Shown: positions 38,983-50,568 of the stretch, piece by piece
Numbering within the stretch: position 1 is the first letter of the stretch
Layout: every line of letters begins with the position of its first letter
NCBI GenBank assembly: GCA_964022095.1
Contig: CAXHZO010000001.1
Span: 288,001 to 352,000, forward strand
Length of the DNA stretch: 64,000 nt
Origin: an uncultured Arcobacteraceae bacterium
GTDB taxonomy: Bacteria > Campylobacterota > Campylobacteria > Campylobacterales > Arcobacteraceae
Direction: 5' to 3'
Translations under genes and position numbers: made by a program
The notes under the pieces: generated by a model
Told to the model about the DNA's origin: nothing
What the model saw: the letters and a program-made list of their open reading frames with translations, nothing else
Database searches by the model: none

Positions 38983-39954
38983 TCATCCTCCTGTTTCATA
39001 AAATGCTCTTGATGAAGTTTCATTTTCATCCATAGTTGACCATTTATTTTTTTCTGGTTTATTTTCTAGTACTTTTTTCAAAATTGCAGCTGCTTCATCT
39101 ATATTATTACTTTGAACCGCATCTTTAATACTCATAGCATCTTCAAAATATAAACAAGGAATCAAATACCCCTCAGCTGTTAATCTAATTCTATTACATG
39201 AAGCACAAAAATCATCTTTATGTGGTTCAATTATCCCAAATTGAAACCCTCCATCTAACTCATAGTATTGAGCAGGAGAGCTTGTATCCCTTGGAACTTC
39301 TTTAAAGTCTGGATATCTAGTTGATACCATTGCTTTTATTTCATCAGAGTTTAAACCTTTTGCGCCATCTTTTGCATGATGGTTTTCCATAAATTCAATA
39401 AACCTAACAACATAGCCTTTTTCTTTACAGAACTCTAATACATCTAAAATATGAGTATCATTTACTCCTTTTAGAGGTACACAATTTATTTTTATTTTTA
39501 AGCCTACTTTGTCAGCTTCTTCGATACCTTTTAAAACTGTTTTTAAAACATCTTTTTGAGCCATTTTAGCAGCAGTTGCTTCATCCATAGAATCTAAAGA
39601 TACATTTATTCTTTTTAAACCTGCATCTTTTAACTTTTGAGCAACTCTTGGCAATAAAAATCCATTTGTTGTTAAAGCTAAATCTATATCATTTTTATAT
39701 TCATAAATCATATTTATGAAAACATCTAGCCCCTCTCTTAAAAGAGGTTCACCACCAGTAATCCTTACTTTCTTTATACCCTCATCTATTCCTACTTTTA
39801 TAAATTTAAACATATCTTCATATGAGAGTAAGTTCTCTTTTGGAACCCAAGAAAAAGGTTTTTCTGGCATACAGTATTGACATCTAAAGTTGCACCGTTC
39901 AGTAACGGAAACTCTCAGATAATCATGTTTTCTACCAAATCCATCTATTAACAT
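38983..39954 (-). CDS. moaA: GTP 3',8-cyclase
   Basis: [31 protein letters not shown]-terminal GG. Confidence 0.96.
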   Translation of the reverse strand: MLIDGFGRKHDYLRVSVTERCNFRCQYCMPEKPFSWVPKENLLSYEDMFKFIKVGIDEGIKKVRITGGEPLLREGLDVFINMIYEYKNDIDLALTTNGFLLPRVAQKLKDAGLKRINVSLDSMDEATAAKMAQKDVLKTVLKGIEEADKVGLKIKINCVPLKGVNDTHILDVLEFCKEKGYVVRFIEFMENHHAKDGAKGLNSDEIKAMVSTRYPDFKEVPRDTSSPAQYYELDGGFQFGIIEPHKDDFCASCNRIRLTAEGYLIPCLYFEDAMSIKDAVQSNNIDEAAAILKKVLENKPEKNKWSTMDENETSSRAFYETGG

Positions 39955-40014
39955 AATATATTCCTATCTTTTTCAATTTATAAGGATAATATATAAAACC
40001 TTAAAAAGGTAAAA

Positions 40015-40932
40015 TTAATTTAACCTTTTCCAAGCTTCTTCTAAAGAATCAACTCTACATGCAAAAACTAAATATAATGCTATATTAAATTTCGCTAGTT
40101 TAAGAGTTTGCTCATCAGGATTATTAATCACTTCTAAAGCTTCTTCTAAAGTTATATTATCAAATGATTTATCATAAGTAATACCAAAATCTTTTAAGCT
40201 AAAAGCTACTTCTTCTATTTCACCATTAACTTCTTTCCAGTATTTACCATCTTTGAATACTTCAGGACTTCCTTCACTAGCTTTTACTACAAATATATCT
40301 TTATAATAATCTTCATACATTGCTAAATATTTTTTTACATAAGGTTTGTGAAATGCTGTTGTCACACCATAATCACTTAAACCTGGATTTAAAAGTTTTT
40401 CAGCTGTATTAAAAACTGTTCTAAGTCCCAACTCATGTCTTAAAGAAGTTATATCACTTAACTCTTTAAAGTATTCTATCCTATCAAAGAAGTGAACATA
40501 TTGACCTTTATCAATTTTCTCAAAAACTTCTTTTGTTGTTAATCCACATTTTGCAGGTTGAACTAAATCCCCTGATATTACTAAGTGTAAAGGTTCAATA
40601 TCACTATTTTTTACAAAGAAGTCTTTTAAAATTTCATCATATAACGGAAATAAAAATGGATTATTTACCCTTCCATCAAATGAATATCCAAGTTCTAATG
40701 AATTCTCAATCTTCTTTGTTTTTACATATTTCTTCAATGCTTTTACTGCTGCTTTTAACTCATCATTTGTTTCAAGTTTTGTTCTCCAACCAATTAAAAA
40801 AGCCCCAATTTGAGCTTGTGTAACTCTATTTTCTAAAATAGATTCAAGGGCATCAATAATCTCATTTTCTTCTAATTCTCTATTACCTTTTGGACCTGTT
40901 CCAACTGCTTTTATATACTTTTTAAAACTCAT
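40015..40932 (-). CDS. YbiB-like / glycosyltransferase family 3 protein
   Basis: FKKYIKAVGTGPKGNREL, QIGAFLIGWR, LRHELGLRTVFNT. Confidence 0.75.
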   Translation of the reverse strand: MSFKKYIKAVGTGPKGNRELEENEIIDALESILENRVTQAQIGAFLIGWRTKLETNDELKAAVKALKKYVKTKKIENSLELGYSFDGRVNNPFLFPLYDEILKDFFVKNSDIEPLHLVISGDLVQPAKCGLTTKEVFEKIDKGQYVHFFDRIEYFKELSDITSLRHELGLRTVFNTAEKLLNPGLSDYGVTTAFHKPYVKKYLAMYEDYYKDIFVVKASEGSPEVFKDGKYWKEVNGEIEEVAFSLKDFGITYDKSFDNITLEEALEVINNPDEQTLKLAKFNIALYLVFACRVDSLEEAWKRLN

Positions 40933-41018
40933 TTTGTACCTTAATTATAATCGTTTAATTAATATTTCTAAATATATAATATACAATAACTTTTATAAAA
41001 CAACTTCGAAGGTACGCT

Positions 41019-41684
41019 GTGTCTATAAAAGATACCATAAGAAAAATAAGTTTTTTTAATAATTTATCTGATGAACAAATTGATCAAATTGCCTCAATAT
41101 CTAGTGTTTCTAAATACTCAAAAGATTCTATTTTATATTATGAAAGTGATGTTCAAAAAAATCTTTTATTTTTAGTTGAAGGCTTAATAAAAATATATAA
41201 AGTTGATAAATTTGACAATGAAATTTTTCTTTATCATATACATGAGAACTCAATGATTAGTGAATTGTCATCAATAAAGCAAAATGATATTTACTGTTTT
41301 TCAAATGCAGAGTTTACAGAAAATTCAACTTTATTAACTGTAAACTTTGAAAAGTTCCAAGAACACTTTTTATCAAAAAATATCTTAACGATGGAACTTA
41401 TGGAAATTTTACTTGATAAAACTCATCAATTACAATGTATTGTTAATAGAGAACTAGTATTTGATGCAACTGCAAAAGTTGCATTTATGCTAAATCAAGA
41501 CTTAGTCATGTTTAATAAATTAAAAAGACAAGAAGTATCATTTATGCTTCATATTCAACCAGAAACCCTTTCTAGAGTTTTAAAAAGATTAGTAAGAAAT
41601 GAAATAATCGAAATTAAAAATGGAAAAGTAACAGTAAAAAATAAAGAAGCACTAGTTGCAATTTTTAGAGGTGTTGGAATATGA
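41019..41684 (+). CDS. Crp/Fnr-family regulator (Nss/Dnr-like, no Fe-S Cys cluster)
   Basis: cNMP-binding-like N-terminus; HTH with PETLSRVL recognition helix. Confidence 0.88.
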   Translation: MSIKDTIRKISFFNNLSDEQIDQIASISSVSKYSKDSILYYESDVQKNLLFLVEGLIKIYKVDKFDNEIFLYHIHENSMISELSSIKQNDIYCFSNAEFTENSTLLTVNFEKFQEHFLSKNILTMELMEILLDKTHQLQCIVNRELVFDATAKVAFMLNQDLVMFNKLKRQEVSFMLHIQPETLSRVLKRLVRNEIIEIKNGKVTVKNKEALVAIFRGVGI

Positions 41685-42682
41685 AAACAAAAGCAATAAG
41701 CACAAAAATTAAGTTTATCGGTATTTTATTTATTATCTTAATGATAAGTATTGTAGCAATTACAATGTACTTAAATAACAACAATAAAAAAGATGCACTT
41801 GTAATTAATATAGCTGGGAAGCAAAGAATGCTAACTCAAAAGATATCTAAAAATATTTTTTACTTGTATTACAATAATAAAGCTTCTTATGATGAATTAA
41901 ATCAAGCAAGTATTGAGTTTATTTACAATCTTAATTCTTTAAAAAATGGGAATAGTTTAACAGGTGTTTTTAAAGCTCCGACCTATGAAATAGCAAAACA
42001 AATATCTAAAATAGAAATTTTATGGAATAACTTTTATACAAATATTCAAGAGTTTAAAAAGTTTAATATAGAACAAAATTCATCTAATAAAGTTTTATTA
42101 GGAAATATTGTAGAAGAGATTCAAAAAACTAATATTCCTTTATTAGAAGAAATGGATAAAGCTGTTTCTATGTATACAATTTATAGTGAAACAAAAACAG
42201 ATTTTATTAAAAAAATTCAATATATTTTTGCTTTTTCAATTTTACTTCTTATAATTTATAGTTTTATGGTTTTAAAATCCATGGAAGATAATGCAAAAAG
42301 ATTCTTTGAAGAGTCTAAAAAAATCTTTAAAAATAGCGATGAAGAAACACACTTAAAGCCAATGAAAATAGAAGCAGAGAAAGAAATTGTCGAAGCAACG
42401 GATACAATTAACTGTTTTATTGATAAAATTAATTCTGCTATGGATTATTCAGCAGTTGCAATGGAACAATCAAAAAATGCTTCAATTAAACTTGAAGAGA
42501 TTACAGATGAGTTCGATAAAGTAATAGGTGAAGTAAAAAACTCAGCAGATGTATCTAAACAACTTGACATAAGTGAAGATATGGTTATTGAAACACAAGA
42601 AGAGTTAATAAATTCTACAAAGAAACTTCAAGAGCTAAAAAAAGAACTTGATAAACTTTTAAACAATTGTAAAATGCACTAA
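41681..42682 (+). CDS. Membrane protein with NarX/PilJ-like nitrate sensor domain and no recognisable output domain
   Basis: DALVINIAGKQRMLTQKI P-box between two TM helices; short coiled-coil C-terminus. Confidence 0.8.
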   Translation: MKTKAISTKIKFIGILFIILMISIVAITMYLNNNNKKDALVINIAGKQRMLTQKISKNIFYLYYNNKASYDELNQASIEFIYNLNSLKNGNSLTGVFKAPTYEIAKQISKIEILWNNFYTNIQEFKKFNIEQNSSNKVLLGNIVEEIQKTNIPLLEEMDKAVSMYTIYSETKTDFIKKIQYIFAFSILLLIIYSFMVLKSMEDNAKRFFEESKKIFKNSDEETHLKPMKIEAEKEIVEATDTINCFIDKINSAMDYSAVAMEQSKNASIKLEEITDEFDKVIGEVKNSADVSKQLDISEDMVIETQEELINSTKKLQELKKELDKLLNNCKMH

Positions 42683-42762
42683 GTGTATATTTTATATACT
42701 AGAAGTAAAAAATTGTCTACTATTTAATAGATATAATTAAAATAAAAAATTTAGGAAAAAAT

Positions 42763-43494
42763 TTGACAAAAGTATACCTAACAGGAGCAGGTCCTGGAGA
42801 TATTGAATTAATGACTGTAAAAGCTTTAAAACTTGTTCAAAAAGCTGATGTTATTATCTATGATAGACTTGCAAATCCTGAGATACTAGAAGAAGCAAGA
42901 GATGATGCCAATCTAATATTTGTAGGAAAAGAAAAGGGAAACCATAGAGTTCCTCAAGATGAAATAAATGAAATCATTTACCAAAGTGCATTAAAATATG
43001 AAAATGTAGTAAGACTAAAAGGTGGTGATCCTTTTGTATTTGGTAGAGGTGGAGAAGAAGCACTGTATTTAAAAGAAAGAGGAATTGGTTTTGAAATTAT
43101 TCCAGGTGTTACTTCTGCTATTAGTGTTCCAGCATACGCTGGAATTCCTGTAACAAATAGGGGTATTACTCCATCATTTAGAGTTGTAACTGGACATAGA
43201 AAATCTAGTGATAATATTGCTCATATTAATTGGAAAACATTTATTGAAGATGAAACAATAGTATTTTTAATGGGATTACATAATATTTCATTAATAGTTT
43301 CAAAACTACTTGAAGTAGGAAAAGCCAAAGATTATCCATGTGCTATTATTAGTAATGGTACAACAAAAAAACAAACCGTAATAACTGGAACTTTAGAAGA
43401 TATTGTAGAAAAATCTAAAGATGCAGTTAGTCCAGCAATTATTATTGTTGGAGAAGTTGTAAAATTAAGAGACGAATTAAGATGGTTTGATTAA
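42763..43494 (+). CDS. cobA: Uroporphyrinogen-III C-methyltransferase
   Basis: GAGPGD, VRLKGGDPFVFGRGGEE, PGVTSA, YAGIPVT. Confidence 0.95.
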   Translation: MTKVYLTGAGPGDIELMTVKALKLVQKADVIIYDRLANPEILEEARDDANLIFVGKEKGNHRVPQDEINEIIYQSALKYENVVRLKGGDPFVFGRGGEEALYLKERGIGFEIIPGVTSAISVPAYAGIPVTNRGITPSFRVVTGHRKSSDNIAHINWKTFIEDETIVFLMGLHNISLIVSKLLEVGKAKDYPCAIISNGTTKKQTVITGTLEDIVEKSKDAVSPAIIIVGEVVKLRDELRWFD

Positions 43495-43590
43495 ACCATC
43501 TTCAGCCTTTTAAACTCCCCTAAGAACCTATCTTTTTACCTTCAAAATTCAAAACAAGATATTTATTGTCTTAATTTAAACTTAAAAAAA

Positions 43591-43604
43591 TTGACTTAAG
43601 TCAA
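43591..43604. promoter_or_regulatory. Crp/Fnr-type box upstream of napA
   Basis: Perfect palindrome TTGACTTAAGTCAA upstream of TGTTACAAT; identical copy before nrfH. Confidence 0.85.
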
Positions 43605-43672
43605 CCACTAATTTTTTCTTCAGTGTTACAATTGTGATGTTAAAACAATTCTATTTCGTAAAAGGAGAAAAG

Positions 43673-46477
43673 ATGTCGCTATCAAGAAGAGACTTTCTAA
43701 AAAGCTCAGCAGCAGCAAGTGCAGCAGCAGCAGTTGGTATGAGTGTACCATCTGACTTACAAGCACAATCAAAAGCAGCACAAAGTGGATGGAGATGGGA
43801 CAAGGCAGCTTGTCGTTTCTGTGGTACTGGTTGTGGGATCATGCTTGCAACTAAAGGTGGAAAAATAGTTGCAGTAAAAGGTGATCCAGCAGCTCCAGTA
43901 AACAGAGGTCTTAACTGTATCAAAGGTTATTTCAACGCAAAAATCATGTATGGGGCAGATAGATTAAAACAACCACTGTTAAGAGTTAATGAAAAAGGTG
44001 AATTTGACAAAAAAGGAAAGTTTACTCCTATTTCTTGGGAAAGAGCATTTGATGAGATGGAAGTTCACATTAAAAAAGCTTTAAAAGAAAAAGGTCCTGA
44101 GGGTGTTGGTGTATTTGCTTCTGGTCAATATACAGTTATGGAAGGATATGCAGCACAAAAGATGATGAAAGGTGGATTTAGGTCAAATGCATTTGATCCA
44201 AATGCAAGACACTGTATGGCATCTGCTGTTGTTGGTTTTTACCAAACATTTGGTATTGATGAGCCATCTGGATGTTATGATGATATTGAGTTAACTGATA
44301 CTGTTGTATGTTGGGGTTCAAATATGGCGGAAATGCATCCTATTTTGTGGTCAAGAGTTACGGATAGAAAGCTATCAAATCCAGATAAAGTAAAAGTTAT
44401 AAATATCTCTACGTATAGACATAGAACATCAGATTTAGCTGATAGTGAAATTATCTTTACTCCAAATACTGACTTAGCTTTATGGAATTATATTGCAAGA
44501 GAAATTGTATACAACGCACCTGAAGCAATTGATTGGGATTTTGTAAAAGAACATATTGTATTTGCTGCAAGTCCAGTAAATATGGGTTATGGAATGAGAA
44601 GATCAGGTGAAAAATCTTTAAAAGATGGTAAATATTCTGATAAAGAAATGGAAACTATTTCTAAAGAAATGGTAAAAACTGTTTCTGAAACTGAAGCACC
44701 AGCACTGCAACCTTATGGATATAAAGCTGGAGATAAAATGGAAAATAATCCAGCAGGACTTAAACACTGGGAAATCTCTTTTGAAGAGTATAAAAAATTC
44801 TTAGATCCATATACTTTAGATTATGTTGCAAAAATTTCTAAAGGTGACCCTGATGAAGATATTGAAGTATTCAAGAAAAAACTTCAAGAATTAGCAAACT
44901 TATATATTGAAAAAAATAGAAAAGTTGTAAGTTTCTGGACTATGGGTATGAACCAACATACAAGAGGTACTTGGGTAAATACTTTAGCATATAATGTTCA
45001 CTTCTTACTTAACAAACAAGCTAAACCAGGTTCTGGTGCATTTTCATTAACTGGTCAACCAAGTGCTTGTGGAACAGCAAGAGAAGTAGGAACTTTTGCA
45101 CATAGATTACCAGCTGATATGATGGTAAAAAATGGCAAACATAGAAAAATTGTTGAAAACTCTTGGAAAGTTCCAAATGGAACATTAAATCCAGTTGGAA
45201 ATCAACATATTATGAAAATCCATAGAGATATCGAAGATGGTGTTGTTAAATTTGCATGGGTAAATGTATGTAATCCTTACCAAGATACAGCAAGTGCGAC
45301 ACATTGGATTAAAGCAGCAAGAGAAATGGATAACTTTATTGTAACAAGTGATGGATATCCAGGAATTTCGGCAAAAGTATCTGACCTTATTTTACCTTCT
45401 GCAATGATTTATGAAAAATGGGGAGCATATGGAAATGCTGAAAGAAGAACTCAACACTGGAGACAACAAGTATTACCAGTAGGTGATGCAATGTCTGATA
45501 CATGGCAATGGGTTGAACTTTCAAAAAGATTTACAGTTAAAGATGTATGGGGTGAATATACTCTAAGAAATGGTAAGAAATTAGAAAATGTAATTCCTGA
45601 AGCTAAAAAAATGGGATACGATGAAAATACAACTATGTATGAAATTTTATTCGCAAATGATAAAGCAAAATCATATAAACTAGATCCTAAAGATCCAATT
45701 CAAGCTGGTTATGATAATACTGAAGGTTATGGAGATAGCAGAAATGTTAAAGGTTCTGATGGAGAAGTTTGGAAAGGTTATGGATTCTTTATTCAAAAAT
45801 ATCTATTCGAAGAGTATGCTGATTTTGGTAGAGGACATGCACACGATTTAGCTGATTTTGATACTTATCATAAAGTAAGAGGATTAAAATGGCCAGTTGT
45901 TGATGGTAAAGAAACACAATGGAGATTTAATACTAAATATGATCCATATGCGAAAAAATATGGTAAACCAGGAACTGATTTTGCATTCTACGGAACTTTA
46001 GCAAAAGCCTTAGCTCAAGGTGACTTATTAGGTATTAAAGACAAAACTAAAAAATCTTTAAAAAATAAAGCGAAAATCTTCGCAAGACCATATATGGATC
46101 CACCAGAAGTTCCAGATACTGAGTACCCAGTTTGGTTAAGTACAGGTAGAGTTTTAGAACACTGGCATAGTGGAACTATGACTATGAGAGTTCCTGAATT
46201 ATACAGAGCAGTTCCTGAAGCACTTTGTTACATGCATCCAGAAGATGCAAAAAAATATGGTGTAAAACAAGGTGGACTTTGTTGGGTTGAATCAAGACGT
46301 GGAAAAGTTAAAGCAAGAGTTGAGACAAGAGGTAGAAATAGACCTTCTAAAGGACTTGTATTTGTACCTTGGTTTGATGAGAAAGTATTTATTAATAAAG
46401 TTTGTGCTGATTATACTTGTCCTCAATCAAAACAAACAGACTTTAAAAAATGTGCCGTGAAAATTTATAAAGCATAA
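43673..46477 (+). CDS. napA: Periplasmic nitrate reductase catalytic subunit
   Basis: Tat signal [46 protein letters not shown] before 43673. Confidence 0.98.
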   Translation: MSLSRRDFLKSSAAASAAAAVGMSVPSDLQAQSKAAQSGWRWDKAACRFCGTGCGIMLATKGGKIVAVKGDPAAPVNRGLNCIKGYFNAKIMYGADRLKQPLLRVNEKGEFDKKGKFTPISWERAFDEMEVHIKKALKEKGPEGVGVFASGQYTVMEGYAAQKMMKGGFRSNAFDPNARHCMASAVVGFYQTFGIDEPSGCYDDIELTDTVVCWGSNMAEMHPILWSRVTDRKLSNPDKVKVINISTYRHRTSDLADSEIIFTPNTDLALWNYIAREIVYNAPEAIDWDFVKEHIVFAASPVNMGYGMRRSGEKSLKDGKYSDKEMETISKEMVKTVSETEAPALQPYGYKAGDKMENNPAGLKHWEISFEEYKKFLDPYTLDYVAKISKGDPDEDIEVFKKKLQELANLYIEKNRKVVSFWTMGMNQHTRGTWVNTLAYNVHFLLNKQAKPGSGAFSLTGQPSACGTAREVGTFAHRLPADMMVKNGKHRKIVENSWKVPNGTLNPVGNQHIMKIHRDIEDGVVKFAWVNVCNPYQDTASATHWIKAAREMDNFIVTSDGYPGISAKVSDLILPSAMIYEKWGAYGNAERRTQHWRQQVLPVGDAMSDTWQWVELSKRFTVKDVWGEYTLRNGKKLENVIPEAKKMGYDENTTMYEILFANDKAKSYKLDPKDPIQAGYDNTEGYGDSRNVKGSDGEVWKGYGFFIQKYLFEEYADFGRGHAHDLADFDTYHKVRGLKWPVVDGKETQWRFNTKYDPYAKKYGKPGTDFAFYGTLAKALAQGDLLGIKDKTKKSLKNKAKIFARPYMDPPEVPDTEYPVWLSTGRVLEHWHSGTMTMRVPELYRAVPEALCYMHPEDAKKYGVKQGGLCWVESRRGKVKARVETRGRNRPSKGLVFVPWFDEKVFINKVCADYTCPQSKQTDFKKCAVKIYKA

Positions 46478-46498
46478 TAGAAAATAAAAGAGATAAAA

Positions 46499-47296
46499 AT
46501 GGGAAATCAACCAATAAACGAAAGAAGAAAATTCTTTTTAACTATTGCAAGAGCAGCTGGTTTAGCAATACTTGGAGGCTTAACATGGAGTGCTTATTTA
46601 AATGAAGTAAAAGCTCATGAGTTAACACTAAGACCACCTGCAGCACTTGATGAAGATGATTTCCTAGCAACTTGTATCAAATGTGGTATGTGCGTTGAAG
46701 CATGTCCATATGATACTTTAAAGTTAGCAAAGCCAGGAGATAACAAACCTTTAGGAACTCCTTATTTTACTCCTAGAGAAACTCCTTGTTATATGTGTAC
46801 TGATATTCCTTGTGTTCCTGTATGTCCAACAGAAGCACTTGATTTAAAATCAGTTCAAAATAAAAATAACCAACTAGATATTAAAAAAATCGATATGGGT
46901 GTTGCAGTTATTGATGATAATAGTTGTATTGCTTTTTGGGGTATTCAATGTGATGCTTGCTATAGGGCTTGTCCACTTTTAGGAGAAGCTATTAGTATTG
47001 AGTATACAAAAAATGAAAGAACAGGGAAACACGCATTTTTAAAGCCTGTTGTACATCCAGATATTTGTACGGGCTGTGGATTATGTGAAAAAGCCTGTGT
47101 AACTGATAAAGCAGCAATATTTGTTTTACCTACAAAAGTCGCTCTTGGAAAAGCAGGTGATTATTACATCAAAGGCTGGGATAAAAATGATGAAAAAAGA
47201 TTAGAAGATGCAACTAGTAAAATCAACACTACAAAAATTAGTGAAGATTCAGCAATTGACTCTTTAAATAGTGGGATGGAGGATTTATTAAAATGA
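46499..47296 (+). CDS. napG: Ferredoxin-type protein NapG
   Basis: RRKFF, LRPP, four Cys clusters. Confidence 0.95.
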   Translation: MGNQPINERRKFFLTIARAAGLAILGGLTWSAYLNEVKAHELTLRPPAALDEDDFLATCIKCGMCVEACPYDTLKLAKPGDNKPLGTPYFTPRETPCYMCTDIPCVPVCPTEALDLKSVQNKNNQLDIKKIDMGVAVIDDNSCIAFWGIQCDACYRACPLLGEAISIEYTKNERTGKHAFLKPVVHPDICTGCGLCEKACVTDKAAIFVLPTKVALGKAGDYYIKGWDKNDEKRLEDATSKINTTKISEDSAIDSLNSGMEDLLK

Positions 47297-48105
47297 CAAT
47301 TTTAAAAAAACATGCCTTCTTAATTGCTAGAAGATTTACACAAGTGTTTTTAATGCTTTTATATATAGTAGCAAACGCATATGGAATAAATATTTTAATG
47401 GGAAATTTAAGTTCATCAAAAGTTTTTGAGCTTGTTCCCCTTAGTGATCCATTTGCAGTTTTACAGATGTTTTTTGCAGGTGCAGTAATATCAATAGATA
47501 TTTTAATTGGTGCACTTTTAATCATCATTTTTTATGCTCTAATTGGAGGCCGTGCATTTTGTTCTTGGGTTTGTCCAGTAAATATGATTACAGATTTGGC
47601 AAACTTTTTACGAAGAAAATTGGGATTTAATCAAGTTCAAAAAAAGCAACCGGCTTCTAGAAGTATTAGATATTGGGTTATTGCTATTAGTTTAGTATTA
47701 TCATTTTTAACAGGTGTTGCAGCATTTGAAATGATATCTCCAATATCAATGGTTCACAGAGGAATAATATTTGGTTTAGGTTTTGGTTGGGCAACTATAG
47801 TTGTGATATTTCTTTTTGATTTATTTGTTTTAAAAAATGGATGGTGTGGTCATATCTGCCCTCTTGGTGGATTTTATTCACTAGTAGGTAGATTTAGTTT
47901 AATAAAAGTTCATCACAATGAACCAAACTGTACAGCTTGTATGAAGTGTAAAGAGGTTTGTCCAGAGAGTCAAGTTCTTTTTATGGTCTCAAAAAACAGT
48001 GCTCCTGTTTTATCAGGTGAGTGTACAAACTGTGGAAGATGTGTAGAAGTTTGTGATGATGATGCTTTAAATTTTTCAATAAAAAAATTAAAAAAGGGAG
48101 AATAA
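47293..48105 (+). CDS. napH: Quinol dehydrogenase membrane subunit NapH
   Basis: GRAFCSWVCP, GWCGHICPLG, two C-terminal 4Fe-4S motifs. Confidence 0.95.
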   Translation: MTILKKHAFLIARRFTQVFLMLLYIVANAYGINILMGNLSSSKVFELVPLSDPFAVLQMFFAGAVISIDILIGALLIIIFYALIGGRAFCSWVCPVNMITDLANFLRRKLGFNQVQKKQPASRSIRYWVIAISLVLSFLTGVAAFEMISPISMVHRGIIFGLGFGWATIVVIFLFDLFVLKNGWCGHICPLGGFYSLVGRFSLIKVHHNEPNCTACMKCKEVCPESQVLFMVSKNSAPVLSGECTNCGRCVEVCDDDALNFSIKKLKKGE

Positions 48106-48106
48106 A

Positions 48107-48715
48107 ATGAAGTTAGTTAATTTAACTTTAGGAATTATAACTGCGGGAACTATATTTGTAATTAGTTGTTCAGCAGCGAATAATATTCTAAGTGAAGAAG
48201 AAATTGGTCTTAGAAAAACTGATATATATACAGAAGATAAAACTGTTGCTGATAAAACAGAGTACTCAAAAGATGTGCCAGGTACTTCTAAAAAAATCAA
48301 AAGAGCATTTCAAGATGCTCCACCAATGATTCCTCATGATGTAGAAGGTATGATACCTATTACAATTGATAATAATCAGTGTACAATGTGTCATGAACCA
48401 GCAATGGCACAATCAATGGGAGCAACTCCTATTCCAAAGTCCCACTTTATTGACTTTAGACCTAAGCATCATTATAATGGCAAAAAGTTTGAAAAGGCAA
48501 TTGATAACATGAAAAATGAAACTTCAGTTAAACCGATTCCTCAATTAGCAGGTGCAAGATTTAATTGTACTCAATGTCATGCGCCTCAAAGTCAAGGTGC
48601 CTTAGCTGTAGAGAATACTTTTGAAGCAAACTTTACAAAAAAAGATGGTGAATTTAAATCTAGCTGGGATGAAGTTATTCTAGAAGACTTAGATACAGTA
48701 AAGAAAGATAAATAA
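48107..48715 (+). CDS. napB: Diheme cytochrome c NapB
   Basis: APPMIPH, CTMCH, RFNCTQCHAPQ. Confidence 0.95.
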   Translation: MKLVNLTLGIITAGTIFVISCSAANNILSEEEIGLRKTDIYTEDKTVADKTEYSKDVPGTSKKIKRAFQDAPPMIPHDVEGMIPITIDNNQCTMCHEPAMAQSMGATPIPKSHFIDFRPKHHYNGKKFEKAIDNMKNETSVKPIPQLAGARFNCTQCHAPQSQGALAVENTFEANFTKKDGEFKSSWDEVILEDLDTVKKDK

Positions 48716-49201
48716 ATGAAAAGAAGAGAACTATTTAGTTCTCTTGCTTCATCTTTTAATAAAAAGAAGAAGCAAGAAAAAGTTATCAGACCACCATATT
48801 ATGAAAATGAAGAGATTTTTTTCTCAAACTGTATTGATTGCATTAATAAAGAGTGTAGTACAGTTTGTGATGAAAATATCATCGTAATACAAGATGATGG
48901 TACACCAAAACTTGATCTACAAATAAGTGGATGTACTTATTGTGATGAGTGTGCAAATGCTTGTCCAAATGAAGCTTTAGATATAAATTTTAAAAAGAAT
49001 ATCGATGCAATTATACAAATAGATGTCTTATCATGTCTTTCATGGAATCAAACTATGTGTTTTTCATGCAAAGATCCATGTAATGATAATGCAATAGAAT
49101 TTTTAGCAATGTTTAGACCAAGTATTACAAATAACTGTACCTCATGTGGTTTTTGTATAAGTACTTGTCCAACAAATGCTATAAAAATAGTACAAGGATA
49201 A
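48716..49201 (+). CDS. napF: Ferredoxin-type protein NapF
   Basis: KRRELF, IRPPY, multiple CxxCxxC motifs. Confidence 0.88.
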   Translation: MKRRELFSSLASSFNKKKKQEKVIRPPYYENEEIFFSNCIDCINKECSTVCDENIIVIQDDGTPKLDLQISGCTYCDECANACPNEALDINFKKNIDAIIQIDVLSCLSWNQTMCFSCKDPCNDNAIEFLAMFRPSITNNCTSCGFCISTCPTNAIKIVQG

Positions 49202-49203
49202 AA

Positions 49204-50169
49204 ATGAATTTTTTAAAAACATTAACAATCACTGTTTTAACTATCATTTTTTCAAACTTTTTAAATGCAAAAGATATTAATCCTTCATTTACATATATTG
49301 CAAGTGGTGGAGTAAATGATTTGGTTCTAAAAAAAGACAAATTATATGCAGCAACTAGTGCTTCAAGTATTGATATCTTTGATATTAATACAAAAACAAA
49401 AATTCAATCAATTAAAATAAAAAAAATAAAAGATTTTATGGGTGATGTTATTGACTCAAAAATCTATAGTGTTGATGTAAAAGACAACTCACTTCTTATT
49501 CTTTCACAAGGGAATAAGGGAGGAAGAAATATTGATATTTACAAAGATGAAAAATTTGAAAATATTATTCCTGATACAAAAAGACTATTTATTGCTAAAG
49601 CAAAATATTTAGATGATTCAAGAATAATCTATGCCCTACTTTCAAATCAAATTTTTATCTATAATTTAAAAACAAAAAAAATACAAAATGAAATTCAAGT
49701 ATCTCACTCTAAATTTTCAGATTTTGTATTAACAGAAGATAAAAGCAAAGTAATAGTTGCAGATGAAAGTGGAAATCTAAAAATGTTTTCAACTAATGAT
49801 TTAAAGTTATTACAAAAGTATGAGAAACAAAATGTTGATAATGTATTTCAAGTTGACACTAAAAATAGTATGATTATAACAGCAGGTCAAGATAGAAGAA
49901 GTGCAATATTCAGTCTTGAAAAAACAGTTAATTATTATAAACAATTTGAATTTCTAATTTATAGTGTTGGACTTAGTCCAAGTGCAGAACTTGCAGGAGT
50001 TGCTAGTAATGAACAAAATGATGTAACAATTTTTAATACAAAAACAAAGTCACATCTTCATACACTAAAGCAAAACCCAGCACTTCTATCTAATATTTTA
50101 TTTATAAATGAAAATGAAGTATTAGTTAGTTGTGATCAAGAAAAAATAAATTATTATAAATTAAAATAA
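49204..50169 (+). CDS. napL: WD40-like periplasmic protein NapL
   Basis: Beta-propeller repeats, ITAGQDRR; between napF and napD as in Campylobacterota. Confidence 0.85.
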   Translation: MNFLKTLTITVLTIIFSNFLNAKDINPSFTYIASGGVNDLVLKKDKLYAATSASSIDIFDINTKTKIQSIKIKKIKDFMGDVIDSKIYSVDVKDNSLLILSQGNKGGRNIDIYKDEKFENIIPDTKRLFIAKAKYLDDSRIIYALLSNQIFIYNLKTKKIQNEIQVSHSKFSDFVLTEDKSKVIVADESGNLKMFSTNDLKLLQKYEKQNVDNVFQVDTKNSMIITAGQDRRSAIFSLEKTVNYYKQFEFLIYSVGLSPSAELAGVASNEQNDVTIFNTKTKSHLHTLKQNPALLSNILFINENEVLVSCDQEKINYYKLK

Positions 50170-50180
50170 AAGGATTATAA

Positions 50181-50567
50181 ATGAATATCTCAAGTATCGT
50201 AGTACAAACTAGACCAGAATTTTTAGAAGAGGTAATTGATTCTTTAAAGAAAAGTGGCGTGTGTGATTATCATATGCATGATGAATTAGGAAGGGTAATT
50301 ATAACAATTGAAGGAAATGGAGTTCAAGAAGAGCTAAAGAAAATGAAAGTTATTGAAGCAATACCTCATATAGTAAGTGCAGATATGCAAATGGCTTATA
50401 GCGAAGAAGAGTTAAATGAACATATTAGTGTATTAGAAAACTCTGATGCAGTACCCACTGTATTAAATGACAATGATATTAAACCTCAAGATATCATTTA
50501 TAATGGTGATTTAAAAAAGAAGAACCTAGAAGGCTTTGCTAAACAATTTGATAATACAGGGAAATAG
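50181..50567 (+). CDS. napD: NapA chaperone
   Basis: MNISSIVV, GRVIITIEG. Confidence 0.92.
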   Translation: MNISSIVVQTRPEFLEEVIDSLKKSGVCDYHMHDELGRVIITIEGNGVQEELKKMKVIEAIPHIVSADMQMAYSEEELNEHISVLENSDAVPTVLNDNDIKPQDIIYNGDLKKKNLEGFAKQFDNTGK

Positions 50568-50568
50568 T

